Source: the human T2T-CHM13v2.0 reference genome, Homo sapiens. Taken from it: 64,000 nt of DNA. Positions 13,866 to 33,820 of the stretch are shown piece after piece. Where the stretch lies: assembly GCF_009914755.1 (NCBI RefSeq), contig NC_060929.1; one strand, given 5' to 3'. Below the pieces are notes generated by a model that did no database searches, had not been told where the DNA came from, and saw nothing but the letters and a program-made list of their open reading frames with translations. Every line of letters begins with the position of its first letter. Positions within the stretch are counted from its first letter, which is position 1. A program made the translations under genes and the position numbers.

Positions 13866-14199
13866 AAAGCAGGCCTGCACAGGCTTGTCAGAGTGAGACC
13901 AGAAAGGAGGAGGAGGACAAAGAACCATTCCAGAGGTAGAATTAATGGCCCCACAGTGCTTTGGCTCAGGGGGAAAAAGGAGAAAAAAGAAATAACACAT
14001 ATTAGTAAGTTAAAAATAGACTGAATGAATATTATTGGAAACATGTTGCTTTTAAAGCATGTGCCAAATGTCTTGTTAGGCATAACTATTAGGCCTCTAA
14101 ATGTGATTCTAAATATTTGTAGGCCTAATTTATGAATACAGCAATAGGAGAATTTACATATATGGATAAATTAAACACAGGAGAGTAGCCAAAATTTAC

Positions 14200-14381
14200 A
14201 CGAAAGGAGAAAAACGTTAGAGACAAAAGTTTAGTGAATGCATTGTAGTCCATTATGGATGGCTTTCTGGAAATAGAGGTTTTAAAAAATGATTATAAAG
14301 CATATTTGAAGTCCAATTTAAAACCAGATAGCAAGAATCTTTCAGATAGCAAGAATCAATTAACATGATTCCCAATTTGTT
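14200..14381 (-). pseudogene. Candidate exon, CDC25 central-helix-like (182 nt)
   Basis: ttcttactttttgtaag| ... GT|GTAAAT (weak donor); phase 1-0 reading QIGNHVN*FLLSERFLLSGFKLDFKYAL*SFFKTSISRKPSIMDYNAFTKLLSLTFFSFR. Confidence 0.45.
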
Positions 14382-15004
14382 CTTACAAAAAGTAAGAAGA
14401 TAAGCATTCAGAAGTAATTCAACATGTGGTCTAGGTTAGGGAGGCCAGTGACATGATAGAGGGATGTAGAATGGCATAAAAGGGAAGACATCAAGAGACC
14501 ATCATGAAACCAAGTCAAGATGAAACTCAAAGACATAAAAGACCAAGAGAAGTGAAAAGCCCAGAGGTTGTGGTCAGAAGAAACAAACTTTAAATATTAG
14601 ACTTCCATTGAGTTGTTCTGAGAAATGAAAAACAAATTGCTAAGATTATTATGGCTATTTGGTTGAGGATATTTTTGCCTCTTTATTCACACATAAGATT
14701 GTAAATATATCTATCTTCCTCATACCATTCTTTCTAGCTTTTGCTATTATGCTTTCTTTTGCTATTCTCTAGACAAGTTTGTACATATTAGAATTATTAC
14801 TTAAGTTTATATATATGTCACTAGTGAAGTCCTCTGGGTCTGGTGTCCATCTTGTCTATGGGGCTTTAGAAGAGGAAGGGCAGGAAATAGATCATTTCAG
14901 GATTATTCCAATAAATTCTTGCCCTTAGCATATGTGCTAGGTAAGGAGAAAGTATGGCAGACAATTATGCAGTATATAAAAAGCATGTGTTTTGTGAGAC
15001 ATAC

Positions 15005-15070
15005 TCCCTACTGCACTGCAAAACAGATAATATGAGACATTAAAAAACTTGGCCACTTTAAAAATGAAAA
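15005..15070 (-). pseudogene. Candidate exon (66 nt)
   Basis: cacttttctgctaag| ... GA|GTATGT; open phase 1-1 FIFKVAKFFNVSYYLFCSAVG. Confidence 0.45.
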
Positions 15071-15154
15071 CTTAGCAGAAAAGTGTTAATGTGGCTTGGA
15101 ATCTCTAAGCATCACTGATTTAGAATTTCTTGCCATTATAAGTACATGGAATAC

Positions 15155-15249
15155 CTGCTTTAGCGGGAATAATATTGATCATGACTAAAAAAGAATTAGT
15201 TATGTATATATAACTCAACTACACTGTGGCATTTGTGGAGCTCTGCCAT
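15155..15249 (-). pseudogene. Candidate exon, CDC25 N-terminal-like (95 nt, one frameshift)
   Basis: gtttgtttcccag| ... CAG|GTATTC; MAELHKCHSVVELY, then a shift in a (TA)n run to ITNSFLVMINIIPAKA. Confidence 0.5.
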
Positions 15250-15694
15250 CTGGGAAACAAACTGTCTCTTTTTACTTGTGAAGATAAAAATCAAAAACAG
15301 AGATCGTGAAACACATGGCTGCCAGTCTAGGTTATTACATTGATCTTCATCAAGGAAAAAAAAAAAGAGGTATTACTCAGGAGAAGCATGGTCAAGAGAA
15401 AGTAGCCTCATTATTTTTCAAAACCAAGAAAAGTATTATAAGCGATTTATATTTTTATATATATTTCCCAGTCCCTAAACCCTTCAGCAGTAATCAAACG
15501 TCATTTAGAAATTATGTTACTATTACATATAGAATTCCCATTCGCCTAAAAATGACTTAAAAGCAAAAAAAAATACCATTTGTAGTATATTTCTTGAAAC
15601 CTCTAAGTAATAAATAAAATTGTGAAGCACTCATTTTTTCATTTTAACATTTGAAACACATTTGGGAAGATTTAATAGACTTGCTACTGATCCT

Positions 15695-15922
15695 TTATTT
15701 TATTTATTTATTTATTTTTTGAGACAGGGTCTTGCTCTGTCATCCAGGCTGGAGTTCAGGGGTACAATCATGGCTCACTGCAGCCTTGAACTCCTGGGCT
15801 CAAGCTATCCTCCCACCTCAGCTTCCCAAGTAGCTGGGACTACAGGCATGTGCCACCACACTGAGCCAATTTTTTATTTTTATTTTTTTGTAGAGACAGG
15901 GTCTCATTATGTTGCCTAGATT
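15695..15922 (-). mobile_element. AluJ, 5'-truncated
   Basis: AluJ diagnostics gagacagggtcttgctctg, cactgcagccttgaactcctgggctcaag. Confidence 0.9.
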
Positions 15923-16190
15923 CTGGTCCCTTTCAATCAAAAATAGTTTAGGCTGAGATCAGCAATTTGCTTTCCAGAAAATTGTGAACATTTTGTGTAA
16001 TGGACAGAGTTATATACTAGAAAACTGATCAGGCTGGTATTGTTATCCTTATAGTCCTTCCATCATGTGCTATAATGGCAGAAGTGTCTGTCCCTCCAGA
16101 AGCTCCACACCTCCCCCATCCACACACAGTAAAACTGAGCAAGCTCTAAATATTTACATTCTTAGAAACATATTCTTATGAAATCCATAC

Positions 16191-16302
16191 CTCTTGCTCA
16201 AAAATGATAATCAAGAGACACACTTTTATGGATTAATGTCCTTGGAACACAAATAGAATCTCTTAGGACTGGTATCCACCCACATGAAATCCTTCTGTCT
16301 GT
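16191..16302 (-). pseudogene. Candidate exon (112 nt) ending ...IIIFEQE
   Basis: cttgcttcctttaag| ... GAG|GTATGG; end KVCLLIIIFEQE resembles the QLTLLxQE start of CDC25; contains stops. Confidence 0.5.
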
Positions 16303-16500
16303 CTTAAAGGAAGCAAGAGCTTCTGAGGAGCCCTGGAATGAAATAAATTCATGAACAGACTTCTGAGTGCCCATCCAAATGGCACCGATGTCCTATTGCA
16401 AAAGATGAGTACTGGCTTTGCCTTCCTCAACAAAATGATTTAGAATATGTGGTAATCCCTGGTGCAGAAATGCTGTCCTAAATGGGAGAAGCCACATTAC

Positions 16501-16567
16501 CCATCTCCTCCTGTCCCCACCACTCTCACCCAGTGAACATTTGGTATAAGAGGTTATGGTTTCAGTA
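16501..16567 (-). pseudogene. Candidate exon (67 nt)
   Basis: Strong acceptor ttctttctcttgtattgtctag| and donor GG|GTAATG, with an alternative internal GG|GTGAGA; frame ambiguous. Confidence 0.4.
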
Positions 16568-16840
16568 CTAGACAATACAAGAGAAAGAATACTTTAAGAA
16601 ATACAATATGCAAATTAGACTGGATTATAGAATTTTACACTAGTATTGTGTCTTAAACAAGAATTTCTCTTTAGGTGTCATATATTACCAGGCAATAAAT
16701 CAAGCAACAAGGAAAAGCAAGGCTTTATTAAAACAAGTCCAAATATGAACTTTTATTATACACTGCTTCCTATATACTCAAAATTATTTTCACACACTTC
16801 CAGAACACCTTTTTTTTTTTTATCCTTAACAAAGCTGTTT

Positions 16841-17040
16841 ATTCATTCATTCAATAAATATTCATTGACTATGTAAAAACTGAGCCAGGTTCGAGAGGTA
16901 AACAGAAAAGAAATAATCCTTCACTTATCATGAGTTTACAATCTAATTGGGAAAATGAACATTAAAGAAGTAATTAAAGATATGTATGTACTATACAGCT
17001 GTATCATAAAAATAAAGAACAATGTATTGTGTGCCATGAA
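16841..17040 (-). mobile_element. L2 3' end
   Basis: attcattcattcaataaatattcattga..atgagtttacaatctaattggg. Confidence 0.7.
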
Positions 17041-17371
17041 AAAAAATAAGGCTTATTAAGGGATGTTTCTTAATGTTTCTTGTACAATAAATTACTTAAA
17101 GAATTTCCGGACAGGAAAATGCTACTGTCCTACTGAATTTATGTGCTTTCTTTTATCATTATTATTATTATACTTTAAGTTTTAGGGTACATGTGTACAA
17201 TATGCAGGTTAGTTATATATGTATACATGAGCCATGCTGGTGTGCTGCACCCATTAACTCGTCATTTAGCATTAGGTATATCTCCTAAAGCTATCCCTCC
17301 CCACTGCCCCCACCCAACAACAGTCCCCAGAGTGTGATGTTCCCCTTCCTGTGTCCATGTGTTCTCATTGT

Positions 17372-21200
<3,829 letters not shown>

Positions 21201-21248
21201 TTATTTTGCTCTTTAATTGATGCAGTTTCTTCCTAGCCTCGATGGTCT

Positions 21249-22069
21249 TTACAATTTGGCATGATTTTGCAGTGGCTGGTACCGGTTGTTCCTTTCCATG
21301 TTTAGTGCTTCCTTCAGGAGCTCTTTTAGGGCAGGCCTGGTGGTGACAAAATCTCTCAGCATTTGCTTGTCTGTAAAGGATTTTATTTCTCCTTCACTTA
21401 TGAAGTTTAGTTTGGCTGGATATGAAATTCTGGGTTGAAAATTCTTTTCTTTAAGAATGTTGAATATTGGCCCCCACTCTCTTCTGGCTTGTAGAGTTTC
21501 TGCCGAGAGATCAGCTGTTAGTCTGATGGGCTTCCCTTTGTGGGTAACCCGACCTTTCTCTCTGGCTGCCCTTAACATTTTTTCCTTCATTTCAACTTTG
21601 GTGAATCTGACAATTATGTGTCTTGGAGTTGGTCTTCTCGAGGAGTATCTTTGTGGCATTCTCTGTATTTCCTGAATCTGAATGTTGACCTGCCTTGCTA
21701 GATTGGGGAAGTTCTCCTGGATAATATCCTGCAGAGTGTTTTCCAACTTGGTTCCATTCTCCCCGTCACTTTCAGGTACACCAATCAGACGTAGATTTGG
21801 TCTTTTCACATAGTCCCATATGTCTTGGAGGCTTTGTTCGTTTCTTTTTAATCTTTTTTCTGTAAACTTCCCTTCTCGCTTCATTTCATTCATTTCATCT
21901 TCCATCACTGATACCCTTTCTTCCAGTTGATCACATCGGCTCCTGAGGCTTCTGAGTTCTTCACGTAGTTCTCGAGCCTTGGCTTTCAGCTCCATCAGCT
22001 CCTTTAAGCACTTCTCTGTATTGGTTATTCTAGTTATACGTTTGTCTAAATTTTTTTCAAAGTTTTCAA
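21249..22069 (-). pseudogene. L1 ORF1p lacking its N-terminus but open to the stop
   Basis: ENFEKNLD..coiled coil..RPNLRLIGVPE..REKG..ARREW..YPAKL..QNHAKL*. Confidence 0.93.
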
Positions 22070-22309
22070 GTTCTATTCTCTCAAAAAAGATTACCTTAAT
22101 TAAGTGAGGGTAGGGATTTCCTTTACCCAAGTAGATTTCTTTTTTAGTTGTTCCTAGTGTTTCAAAAATATTAATACTATCAGAAGATAAGCATTCAAGA
22201 TGGAGAAAGTCCACTTAGCCTAGCTCTACCCATAATTACCACCAAATTCCAGACAAAATTCAAAGGCAGCAACCAGAGGACTCTGAAAATAAATAAAAGC
22301 AGGTTGATG

Positions 22310-23302
<993 letters not shown>

Positions 23303-23556
23303 TTAATAATAATAAACATAAGTGGCATTCATTACCTAATAGAGAAAATTTAAAAGTACTTCCAGGTTGCCTAGAAGAACAATATCTTCTTAAGCCCGTG
23401 TAAGGCTACTTATAGGGTCTCAGTCTTTAATAAACCACTATATTATTTATGCAGTGAATAAATCTGCATTTTGGTATTCCAGTGACTTCCCTAGCTGTTC
23501 TTTCCTTCCATTAAGAATAGCTATAGTTAAAAATGTAATTATAAAAACAGTCTTAC

Positions 23557-23693
23557 TCGCATGGTCAACATTTTCTTTCCCCTGGGTATCTCTGAATTCT
23601 ATTTGCTTCCTTAACTGACAATCATATCTTATGCTATGCTCTTTTGGCATGACAGAGCAAATGCACCTGGGGCGGAGCAAGCTGGGTTTCCTT
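23557..23693 (-). pseudogene. Candidate exon (137 nt)
   Basis: tttttcctttgaaacatggtacag| ... GA|GTAAGA; open phase 2-1 RKPSLLRPRCICSVMPKEHSIRYDCQLRKQIEFRDTQGKENVDHA. Confidence 0.55.
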
Positions 23694-23807
23694 CTGTACC
23701 ATGTTTCAAAGGAAAAATTGTCAGTAAAATTCTGACTGCTGAATTTTTGTAACTGGTATCACTCTAAGTTACAGAAAGAACACAAAATGTTTAAACAAAT
23801 ATCATAC

Positions 23808-23991
23808 TGATTGAGTACTGGCAGGTGGGAAAACTTGTAAAAAAATCAATGGGATCTGTAACATTTAGCAAGACTCCATCACCCATTATCATGTCAGTAG
23901 AAAATGACTTGCATGATATGGACGCTGTTTGCTAGCTTTGTGAGGACAGTTCTTCTGTACTTGGTGTATGTCCTTGGTAGGACTAATTGTT
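23808..23991 (-). pseudogene. Candidate exon, REM (RasGEF_N)-like (184 nt)
   Basis: cttatttttgtaaacag| ... CA|GTATGA; one frame gives GHTPSTEEL...VLLNVTDPIDFFTSF with 2 stops. Confidence 0.45.
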
Positions 23992-24207
23992 CTGTTTACA
24001 AAAATAAGTACCATTAAAAATAAAAATGTGTTGTCATTGAAAAAAAAACGATTGTCGAGCCAAAATGTACCGACTTGCTTACTTCTACCCTCTAATGTAT
24101 ATTAAAAATTTCAGAGACAACAGCTTGAAGCTTTAAGTTATCATTCTTGTAAAATGTCACACAGATTTTACAGCCTTAGATAAGTTCTTTCAGTAGAATA
24201 GTGCTAA

Positions 24208-24582
<375 letters not shown>

Positions 24583-25233
24583 TGAGTGAGGAGGATTGAA
24601 AAATCATAACAAAAACAAAATAATCATAACAAGGAAAGGGGCTTTTCCAATTGATTATGAACAAATTTATAGTGAGAATTAATGTCACAGTATTTTCTTA
24701 AAATTATGGTGACCCAAGAATTAATGTGTGCAATATTCAGGTTGTATTTCTATTCTTAGTTTTGTTTCTGTTATGTTGTAGAATTACTATATTTAATCTT
24801 TACAAAGAATTCCCCCAAATCTGTAGAATTCTATTCTAGGCACAAAATAAAAGTCATCAATATAATCACACTATGTGCAGCATCTAACTTTAAATGTCTT
24901 TGAAATTCATAATTTTACTTCATTATGAGTGAATAGCTACTATAAGCAAAACACTTTAGTGACAAGAAGCTATTTAGGAGCAGGTTCCTGTCTTTAAGGA
25001 GTTTACAGTAATGTGTGGAATAACATAGATACACAATAGTTGTGAGGTATAACATTATGCTAAGGAAGTTTATGTGTGCTATGCAGAATTATAGGTCATT
25101 TTCTTTCAAAGTAGACAAATGATTATAAGAGCAATCATAGGGGTTGTGCCACTCAAACTTATTCTTATCCAATGTGTAGCATTTTAATGAATAATTTTAG
25201 AAATGGAATATATTCCAGGATGAATTAATAGTA

Positions 25234-25576
25234 TAGTAGATCCTTGAAAAACATGAGTTTGAGCTGTGAGGGTCTGCTTACACACAGCTTTTCTTCTGCC
25301 TCTGCCACCCCTGAGGCAGCAAAAACCCCCTTCCTCTTCCTTTTCTCCCTCAGCCTACTCAATATGAAGAGTAGAATCAAGACCTTTATGATGATCCATT
25401 TCCACTTAATGAATTGTAAATATATTTTCTCGCCCTTATGATTTTTTAATAACATTTTTCTGTAAACTACTTTATTGTAAGAATATACTATATAATACAT
25501 ATAACATACAACATATGTGTTAATTGACTGTTTACGTTATCAGTCAGGCTTCCTGTCAACAGTAGGCTATTAGTAG
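25234..25576 (+). mobile_element. Tigger2a (MER28) left part
   Basis: TA then TIR-like tagtagatccttgaa; gacctttatgatgatccatttccacttaatgaa; interrupted after ctattagtag. Confidence 0.9.
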
Positions 25577-26168
25577 TGTGAAAGGAACATAAATCTCAGG
25601 ACCCTAAAATCACTAAGCCAAGGAAAAAGTCAAGCTGGGAAATATATCAGGCAAACCTGCCTCCCAGTTTATTCCAAAACAAGATAGCTACAAAGGTAAG
25701 AAGCTACATACCTCCCTCACTTTGCCCACAAGGAAACTTCTTGTGGACAAAGAACAGAACTCACAGTTATCCCTCTGAAGCTAACCTAAGACAAATGCAT
25801 ATCTGATTGCTTCTTCTGCCCTATCATTTACATAAAAATGCATATTCACTGAGCCAGACTAAATTGTATATTCAGTGGAAGGCTGATCTAGGACTCAAAA
25901 GAATGCAACCTTTTGAGTCTTATGTACTTCTGACCCAGAAGCCCCCACTTTAAGCTATTCTGCCTTACCTGACCAAACCAATGTAGGTTTTACACATATT
26001 GATTGATGTCTCATGATTCCCTAAAATGTATAAAAGCAAGCTGTACCCCGACCACCTTGGGCACATGTTGTCCGGACCTGCTGAGGCTGTGTCACCGGCA
26101 TGTCCTTAACCTTAGAAAAATAAACTTTCTAAATTGACAGACCTGTCTCAGATATATTGGGTTCACTG
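25577..26168 (+). mobile_element. MER4A/MER4A1-like solo LTR (ERV1)
   Basis: tgtgaaagga..aaaatcactaagcc..aataaactttctaaattg..gggttcac; 4-bp TSD gtag at 25573 and 31056. Confidence 0.88.
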
Positions 26169-26699
26169 TATTCCCGGACAGAAAGAGGTCTGGTGGCTTG
26201 TTCTCGCAGTCCAATAATGAGATGCAGACAGACTGGGGAAAAAGAAAGTTTATTTTTGCAACCAGTTACAAGGAGAAGGTCAGAGTAACTCATCAGACCA
26301 ACGCAGTTACAATATTTTTTCTAGTGCATATACACATTTTAAGCTCTCTGCCTATGTGTGGGAGTGCACCTACAAGCAGGAGTGTTTCTTTCAATCTGTA
26401 TCTAATCATTAGGGTCTGGGGTCTTAATGGGTTTGTTTTTGCATTCCAGCCATTGTACTTAGTTACCAGTTTCTCCAGTTCTTTAATGTTTAACTTATAT
26501 ATTCATCAGAGTTATAGTAAAGGATTAGTGAAAACTGACTGTTCTGGTTGCTAATGGAAACCTGGCCTGCCACAATCCCCACTGTCAATTTGTACGTGAT
26601 TTCTAGCATGTTAGTTAATTTTTTCAAGTACTGGTTTGTTAAAAGGCTAGTGCAAAAGTGTAAACTATGACATAGCCGACTAAGGGAAAGTGGGTATGC

Positions 26700-27190
26700 A
26701 TTCCCTCCATCTACTTCCTGCTGAAGAGGGTTGTCATCAAGGGGTGCTAGAGTGGAAGATGTCTATCTGGTGCTGGTAATGTTTCTGGCTTTAGAGACTC
26801 AAAGGCAGCGCCTGATAAGACATGATCTTGTGAGCCTGAGGAATGTTTTGGAACAGCATATAACAATAATATAGTTCACAACATAGTATTATGCTCATGC
26901 CCAGGAAGGCAGCTAGGACAAGAAGAATTTTCTGCCACCAGGAAGGTGTTCTACAAAATCAAGATATTATAAACCTAATTTTTCCTTGTATGTGGGGGAC
27001 GCACCAAGGCAGCCCCATGGTGCCAGAGAGGGGTAATAGAGCACAGACCCAGCAAGAGTCTTGCTGTAAGCTATTTGCATAACCTTTGCCCATTGTAGGA
27101 AAAGGTTAGAGGTACGCAGAAATAACAATGTAAAACAGCAGCAATGTAAAGCAGCAATGTAACAATGTAAAACAATACTTTATCATCTTT
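26700..27190 (-). pseudogene. ERV env remnant (signal region, CWVC motif, TM anchor and tail)
   Basis: QQDSCWVCALLPLS..GLPW, then PSWWQKILLVLAAFLGMSIILCC and PLQQEV. Confidence 0.7.
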
Positions 27191-27279
27191 TGAACAGAAA
27201 TCCTAGGCCTTCAAGGGGTTCTGTCTCCCATTTGGCAGCCTTGGTGTCCTGTGTCATGAATGTTTCCTCCGGCAGGAAC

Positions 27280-29465
<2,186 letters not shown>

Positions 29466-30251
29466 AAATATTCCAGTTTAGTTCTGTGCAGGGAATTGCC
29501 CCATCAGGATCTGGATGTTCATCATGAAGGTATTGTGCCTCTTCCTTTGCTTCATTTAAAACCAGCCACCACTCATCTGCCATGAGCATGTTTAGAAGAG
29601 CCTGCATGCACCTCTGCCCAGGAAGGACAGTGTGCAGCCAATATTTTGGTATTATAAGCCCAATAATATCCCATTGGAGCTCCTTGCTGATTGACTCCTA
29701 CTGGATATTATCCTAGTGGAATTGCCCATCTCCAGACCTGGGGACTCCCCAGCCAAATTAGTACCTTGCCTAGTCCACGGAGGAAACAATAGCCCTGCTG
29801 CCTCCCCGTACTCTGAGGGTGACATTCCCTCTCTTTCCTGAGCTGGGCAGTAGCTACTATGGGGTTCAGGGTATTAACTGTTGGGTTTCAGACGTTTTCT
29901 CTTCCTCCCCTGGGGTGTCAGGACAGACCTTCGCAGTGCCTTGCACCATTAACTTATTTCCTTTTTCTTTAGCATCCTTATTATACAGCAACGTAAATAT
30001 CTGGATGTAAGGTATTTTGCCCCACTTGCCTGACCTCTGACAGAGCAATTTTAATTGATAAATGGTATGAAAATATCAAGATCCAAAAACCCGCCACTGT
30101 TCCTCAGACCCCAAAACACATATTGGCCAGGCTGTGTCAAAATAGAAGATTAATTTCTTTCAGTCATGGGTGGTAGATAACCAAAGTGCTTCCAATCTGA
30201 TAAAAGTCTCCCTAGAAGACTATTTGTAGGTATAGATGCAGTGTTGCCCAT
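29466..30251 (-). pseudogene. ERV gag remnant (MA, part of CA)
   Basis: MGNTAS myristoylation-type start at 30251; LCQRSGKWGKIPYIQIF; DGAIPCTELNWN. Confidence 0.8.
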
Positions 30252-31055
30252 ACTGAGTATTCTAAACTTAATAAATATCAGACAAACAGAACAAATTTTC
30301 AAAAACAAATGTAAATAAATTCCTCAAACAAATGCAAAGCAGGTTATCCCAAGGAGTCTTACTATTTCCTCAGTAGTACCCAAACAAATGGCTACATGAG
30401 CCCAAATAGAGGAAATAATAGATTCCTGGCTTAGGATCCAATTTTACTCACCTTTTGAGTGCAACTGCTCCCAATCTCTATTCTTTCCCAGTAATAGAGA
30501 GACGGGCAGTCTTTGCAGCCAGAAAGGTCCTCAGGAGAGTCCCCAGGACAAACCATACCAGGCAGCTGCTGGGGGTCACCCAAAGACTACCTCTTTGCGA
30601 GCCGCTGGCTGCTGAGCTCTCCTGGGAGAGTTACCAGATTTGCTCCCGGACAGAATGAGGCCTAGCTGCTTGTCCTGGTGATCCAATAATGAGATGCAGG
30701 CAGACTGGGAAAGAAGGGAGTTTATTTCTGCAACCAGTTACAAGGAGAAGGTCAGAGTAACTCACCAGACCAACTCAAGGTTAGAAGATTTTTTCTAGTG
30801 CTTATATACATCTTAAGCTCCCTGTCTATGAGTGGGAGTGCACCTACAAGCAGGAGTGTTTCATTCAATCTACTTCTAATCTTTAACTAGGGTCTGGGGT
30901 CTCAATGGGTTTGTTTTTGCATTCCAGTCCTTGTACTTAGGTACCACCTTCTCCGGTTCTTTAATGTTTAACTTATACATTCATCAGAGTTATAGTAAAG
31001 GGTTAGTAGAAACTGACTGTTCTGATTGCTAATGGAAACCTGGCCTGCCACAACA

Positions 31056-31148
31056 GTAGTTAAGCTGTAGGGGACTTAGAAGTTATACACTGATTTTTGA
31101 CTACATGAGACTACGTCCCTAATCCCCGTATTGTTCAAGGGTCAACTG
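31056..31148 (+). mobile_element. Tigger2a right part
   Basis: Resumes gtagttaag..; TIR ttgttcaagggtcaactg followed by TA. Confidence 0.9.
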
Positions 31149-31290
31149 TATAAACAAAGAAGTGGGCATGGGGATAAAAGCACATTTCAAAAATGCTGAT
31201 TCTATCATCAGTTTTTTGGCACTAAATGGTTTACATAGGGAGGTAGCAAGAAAAGAAAAGTGAGTTAGTTCTGCAGGAGAAATCTGATAC

Positions 31291-31438
31291 GTGACCAATC
31301 TTTCTAATTTTGAAAGCTATTTAGATCTTTTCAAAAGCAAATATAAAATTATTTGAAAAAATCCTGATAAAGATGCAAGAGGAATCCACATTCTATTTGT
31401 GTATAAAAATATTCTATTAAGTGTGTTTTATAGTCTGC
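31291..31438 (-). pseudogene. Candidate exon (about 148 nt, donor uncertain)
   Basis: Strong acceptor tatttatttttcctcag|; ADYKTHLIEYFYTQIECGFLLHLYQDFFK*; weak donor AC|GTATCA. Confidence 0.4.
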
Positions 31439-31737
31439 CTGAGGAAAAATAAATAGCCCACACATTTCACTTAGGATATTTAAAGTATGCTTGTACGACA
31501 GATCAGTTTTAAATGGCACCAGGATTCTGCAGTGCTATTATTTTTTTTTAATGTGCAATTGCTTAAGAAAGAGTATCAAAGCAGAAAGTTATCTCTGAAG
31601 AAAGATAGCTTACTGGGATTTTGTGCAAGGATAACAAAGATTGTGCAGTATTTAAGGTTCTATGTAGTGCCATGTTGACACAAACTAAGATATGTTGCAA
31701 TCTTGTTTCTGCTGATTGAAAACTGTGCATGAATTGC

Positions 31738-33100
31738 CTATTTCTGGCTATAATGGATTAGCTTATATCAGACCAAACTTCTACCAAAAACGTCTAGAGG
31801 CTATGAATAAAAGATGTAAAATCACTGTTTGAAGGAATTGATAAGACAGGGAGATGACAAATGCAGAGAGGTGAAACTAACATTTGAGGAAACTTTAACC
31901 AAAGGCCTTTACAGATCCTAAAATGGCTCTTGAGGAGTTTAGAAGTTGAGCAGAGCACTTAACAATCACAGAGGAGCGGGCGAAGAAAAATTGGGGATCT
32001 AGGTATGCCAAGAAGGAAACGCTCTGATAAACAGAAGTCTTTCGGTAGGGATTCCCAAAGGGTTGCATGGTATTAATAGAAACAAAAGCATATTGATATA
32101 AAATCTTAGTAGTCCAATATTATTAAATAAATTAAATCCGTAATTCAAACCCTTCAAAAAGAAAACTTTTGGCCCAGATTGCTTTAGCAGTCATTTCTTC
32201 AAAACAGTTAACTCTCTATCTTCATTGAATAGAAGGAAAAGCAACACTTTGTAATTGTTCACAATGCCAATGAAACCTTAACACAAAAACTTTAAAAGAA
32301 CAGAACAAGAAAGGAAAATCTTTAACATAAACATAAGTGAAAAGAAATTCTACACACAACATTAGCCAACCAAATCCAGTGATAAAAAAATATAAAACAC
32401 ATTCTGAATGGAGTTTTAAAAACAGAAAATATCATATGTTGGCAAGGCTATAAAACAACTAGAGATCCCATACACTGAAAGCAGGGGAGTAAATCAGCAC
32501 AACTATGCTGGAAAGCTATTAGTATCAACTATGAAACCTTTATGACAATAGCAATTCCACTCCTGGGTATATAGTTAACACAAGTAAGAGCATATTTGCA
32601 CTACAAGTGTTGTGCAAGATTGTTTTAACTGTCTACAACAGCTAAAAACTAGGAATAACTCAAATCCTTATCAACAGAAGAAAGGACAATGTATCTTCAT
32701 ATAATAGGATATTATACAGAACAGAATGAATAAAATACATGTGCAATACATGTGCATCTCACAGGCAACATATTGTGGCTTGAGAAGGCAGGAAAATAAA
32801 TTCAAATACTCTATAATTCCACTTATAAAAGATTCAAAAACAGGCAAAATTAATTTTTGATATAAGAAGTCTGGATAGTGTACACACTTGAGAAGGAGGC
32901 TGAATAGAAACTTGGAAGAGAAACAGAAGGATTGTGCAGTATTTAATAATTTGTTATGTTTCTTTTATGATGATGATGATGATGATTTTTACCTAAATGG
33001 TGCTTATATAGTACATTAACTTTGGGGTAAGATAACAAGCTGTACCCAGATGATTTAAAAATTTTCTGTATTTTATGCTTCAATAAAAACATGTACTTAA
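31738..33100 (+). mobile_element. Fragmented ancient L1M(E)/HAL1-type LINE (5' UTR, ORF2 pieces, 3' UTR)
   Basis: tttctggctataatggattagcttatatcagacc; ggcccagattgcttt; aaacaggcaaaattaatttttgat. Confidence 0.65.
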
Positions 33101-33644
33101 AAAACTGTTGTTAAAAAAGGAAGAAAACGAATTTGTCATACTTTACAGAACTATAAAATCCATAGATGGAAGAGAATTTGAGGATTACTTAAATCCACAC
33201 TACAAGTTTATTTTACAAATGAAGACATAAGTTTCAGGTTAAGTAGTGAACATATGGGTGTTTTCACTTTGAGAGAATTCATTAAGCTATCTATTATTAC
33301 CATGTGCATTTTTTGTGTACATACCTTAATTTCAGAATTTATTTTTAAATTGAGGCACTAGAGAAGAGAGAAAAGTCCTATGATTTTAAAAAATAGCTTA
33401 TTTTTTAGAGAGTACTTGAAATTAGCTAAATTTTGGCACAGATAAAACTCCTCCAATAGTGATAGGGTAATTAAGGTTGGCACCAACGAAAGAGAACTAC
33501 AAACAGCAAGCTGATGGAAAATGTTATGTGTGAATTACGTACTGGGTTTTTCATATTTGAACCACCAGAAGCATGAGAAATACATGTTTAAAATGTAAAG
33601 AAGGTATTAAAAGTTAAATAATATTAGCTAAACTTTATGCTTAC

Positions 33645-33820
33645 TTAGCATTCATTGAAACTAATATTCATTAAATATTTTTGACTATTTTGATAAAGAC
33701 ATGTCTTAGAAAAGCATATTTTATTGAGTTATCTGTTAATTTTTTAAAAAAGGTTTTTGATAATCATGGCTGGTAAAATCTACTTCACCACCTTCACCAC
33801 TCATAATTCTAACACAATGC
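33645..33820 (-). pseudogene. Candidate exon (176 nt, frameshifted)
   Basis: taacttttcttcag| ... AA|GTAAGC; HCVRIMSGEGGEVDFTSHDYQKPFLK, then a shift in a T6A6 run to LTDNSIKYAFLRHVFIKIVKNI. Confidence 0.55.

Noticed and set aside
16310-16450. Plus-strand exon-like segment (cttaaag|...TG|GTAATC)
   Set aside because: Stops in all frames and no partner exons. It illustrates the background rate of chance splice sites.
30615-30640. Assigning a primer tRNA to the ERV PBS (tggtaactctcccaggag)
   Set aside because: I cannot match it confidently to a tRNA 3' end without a search.
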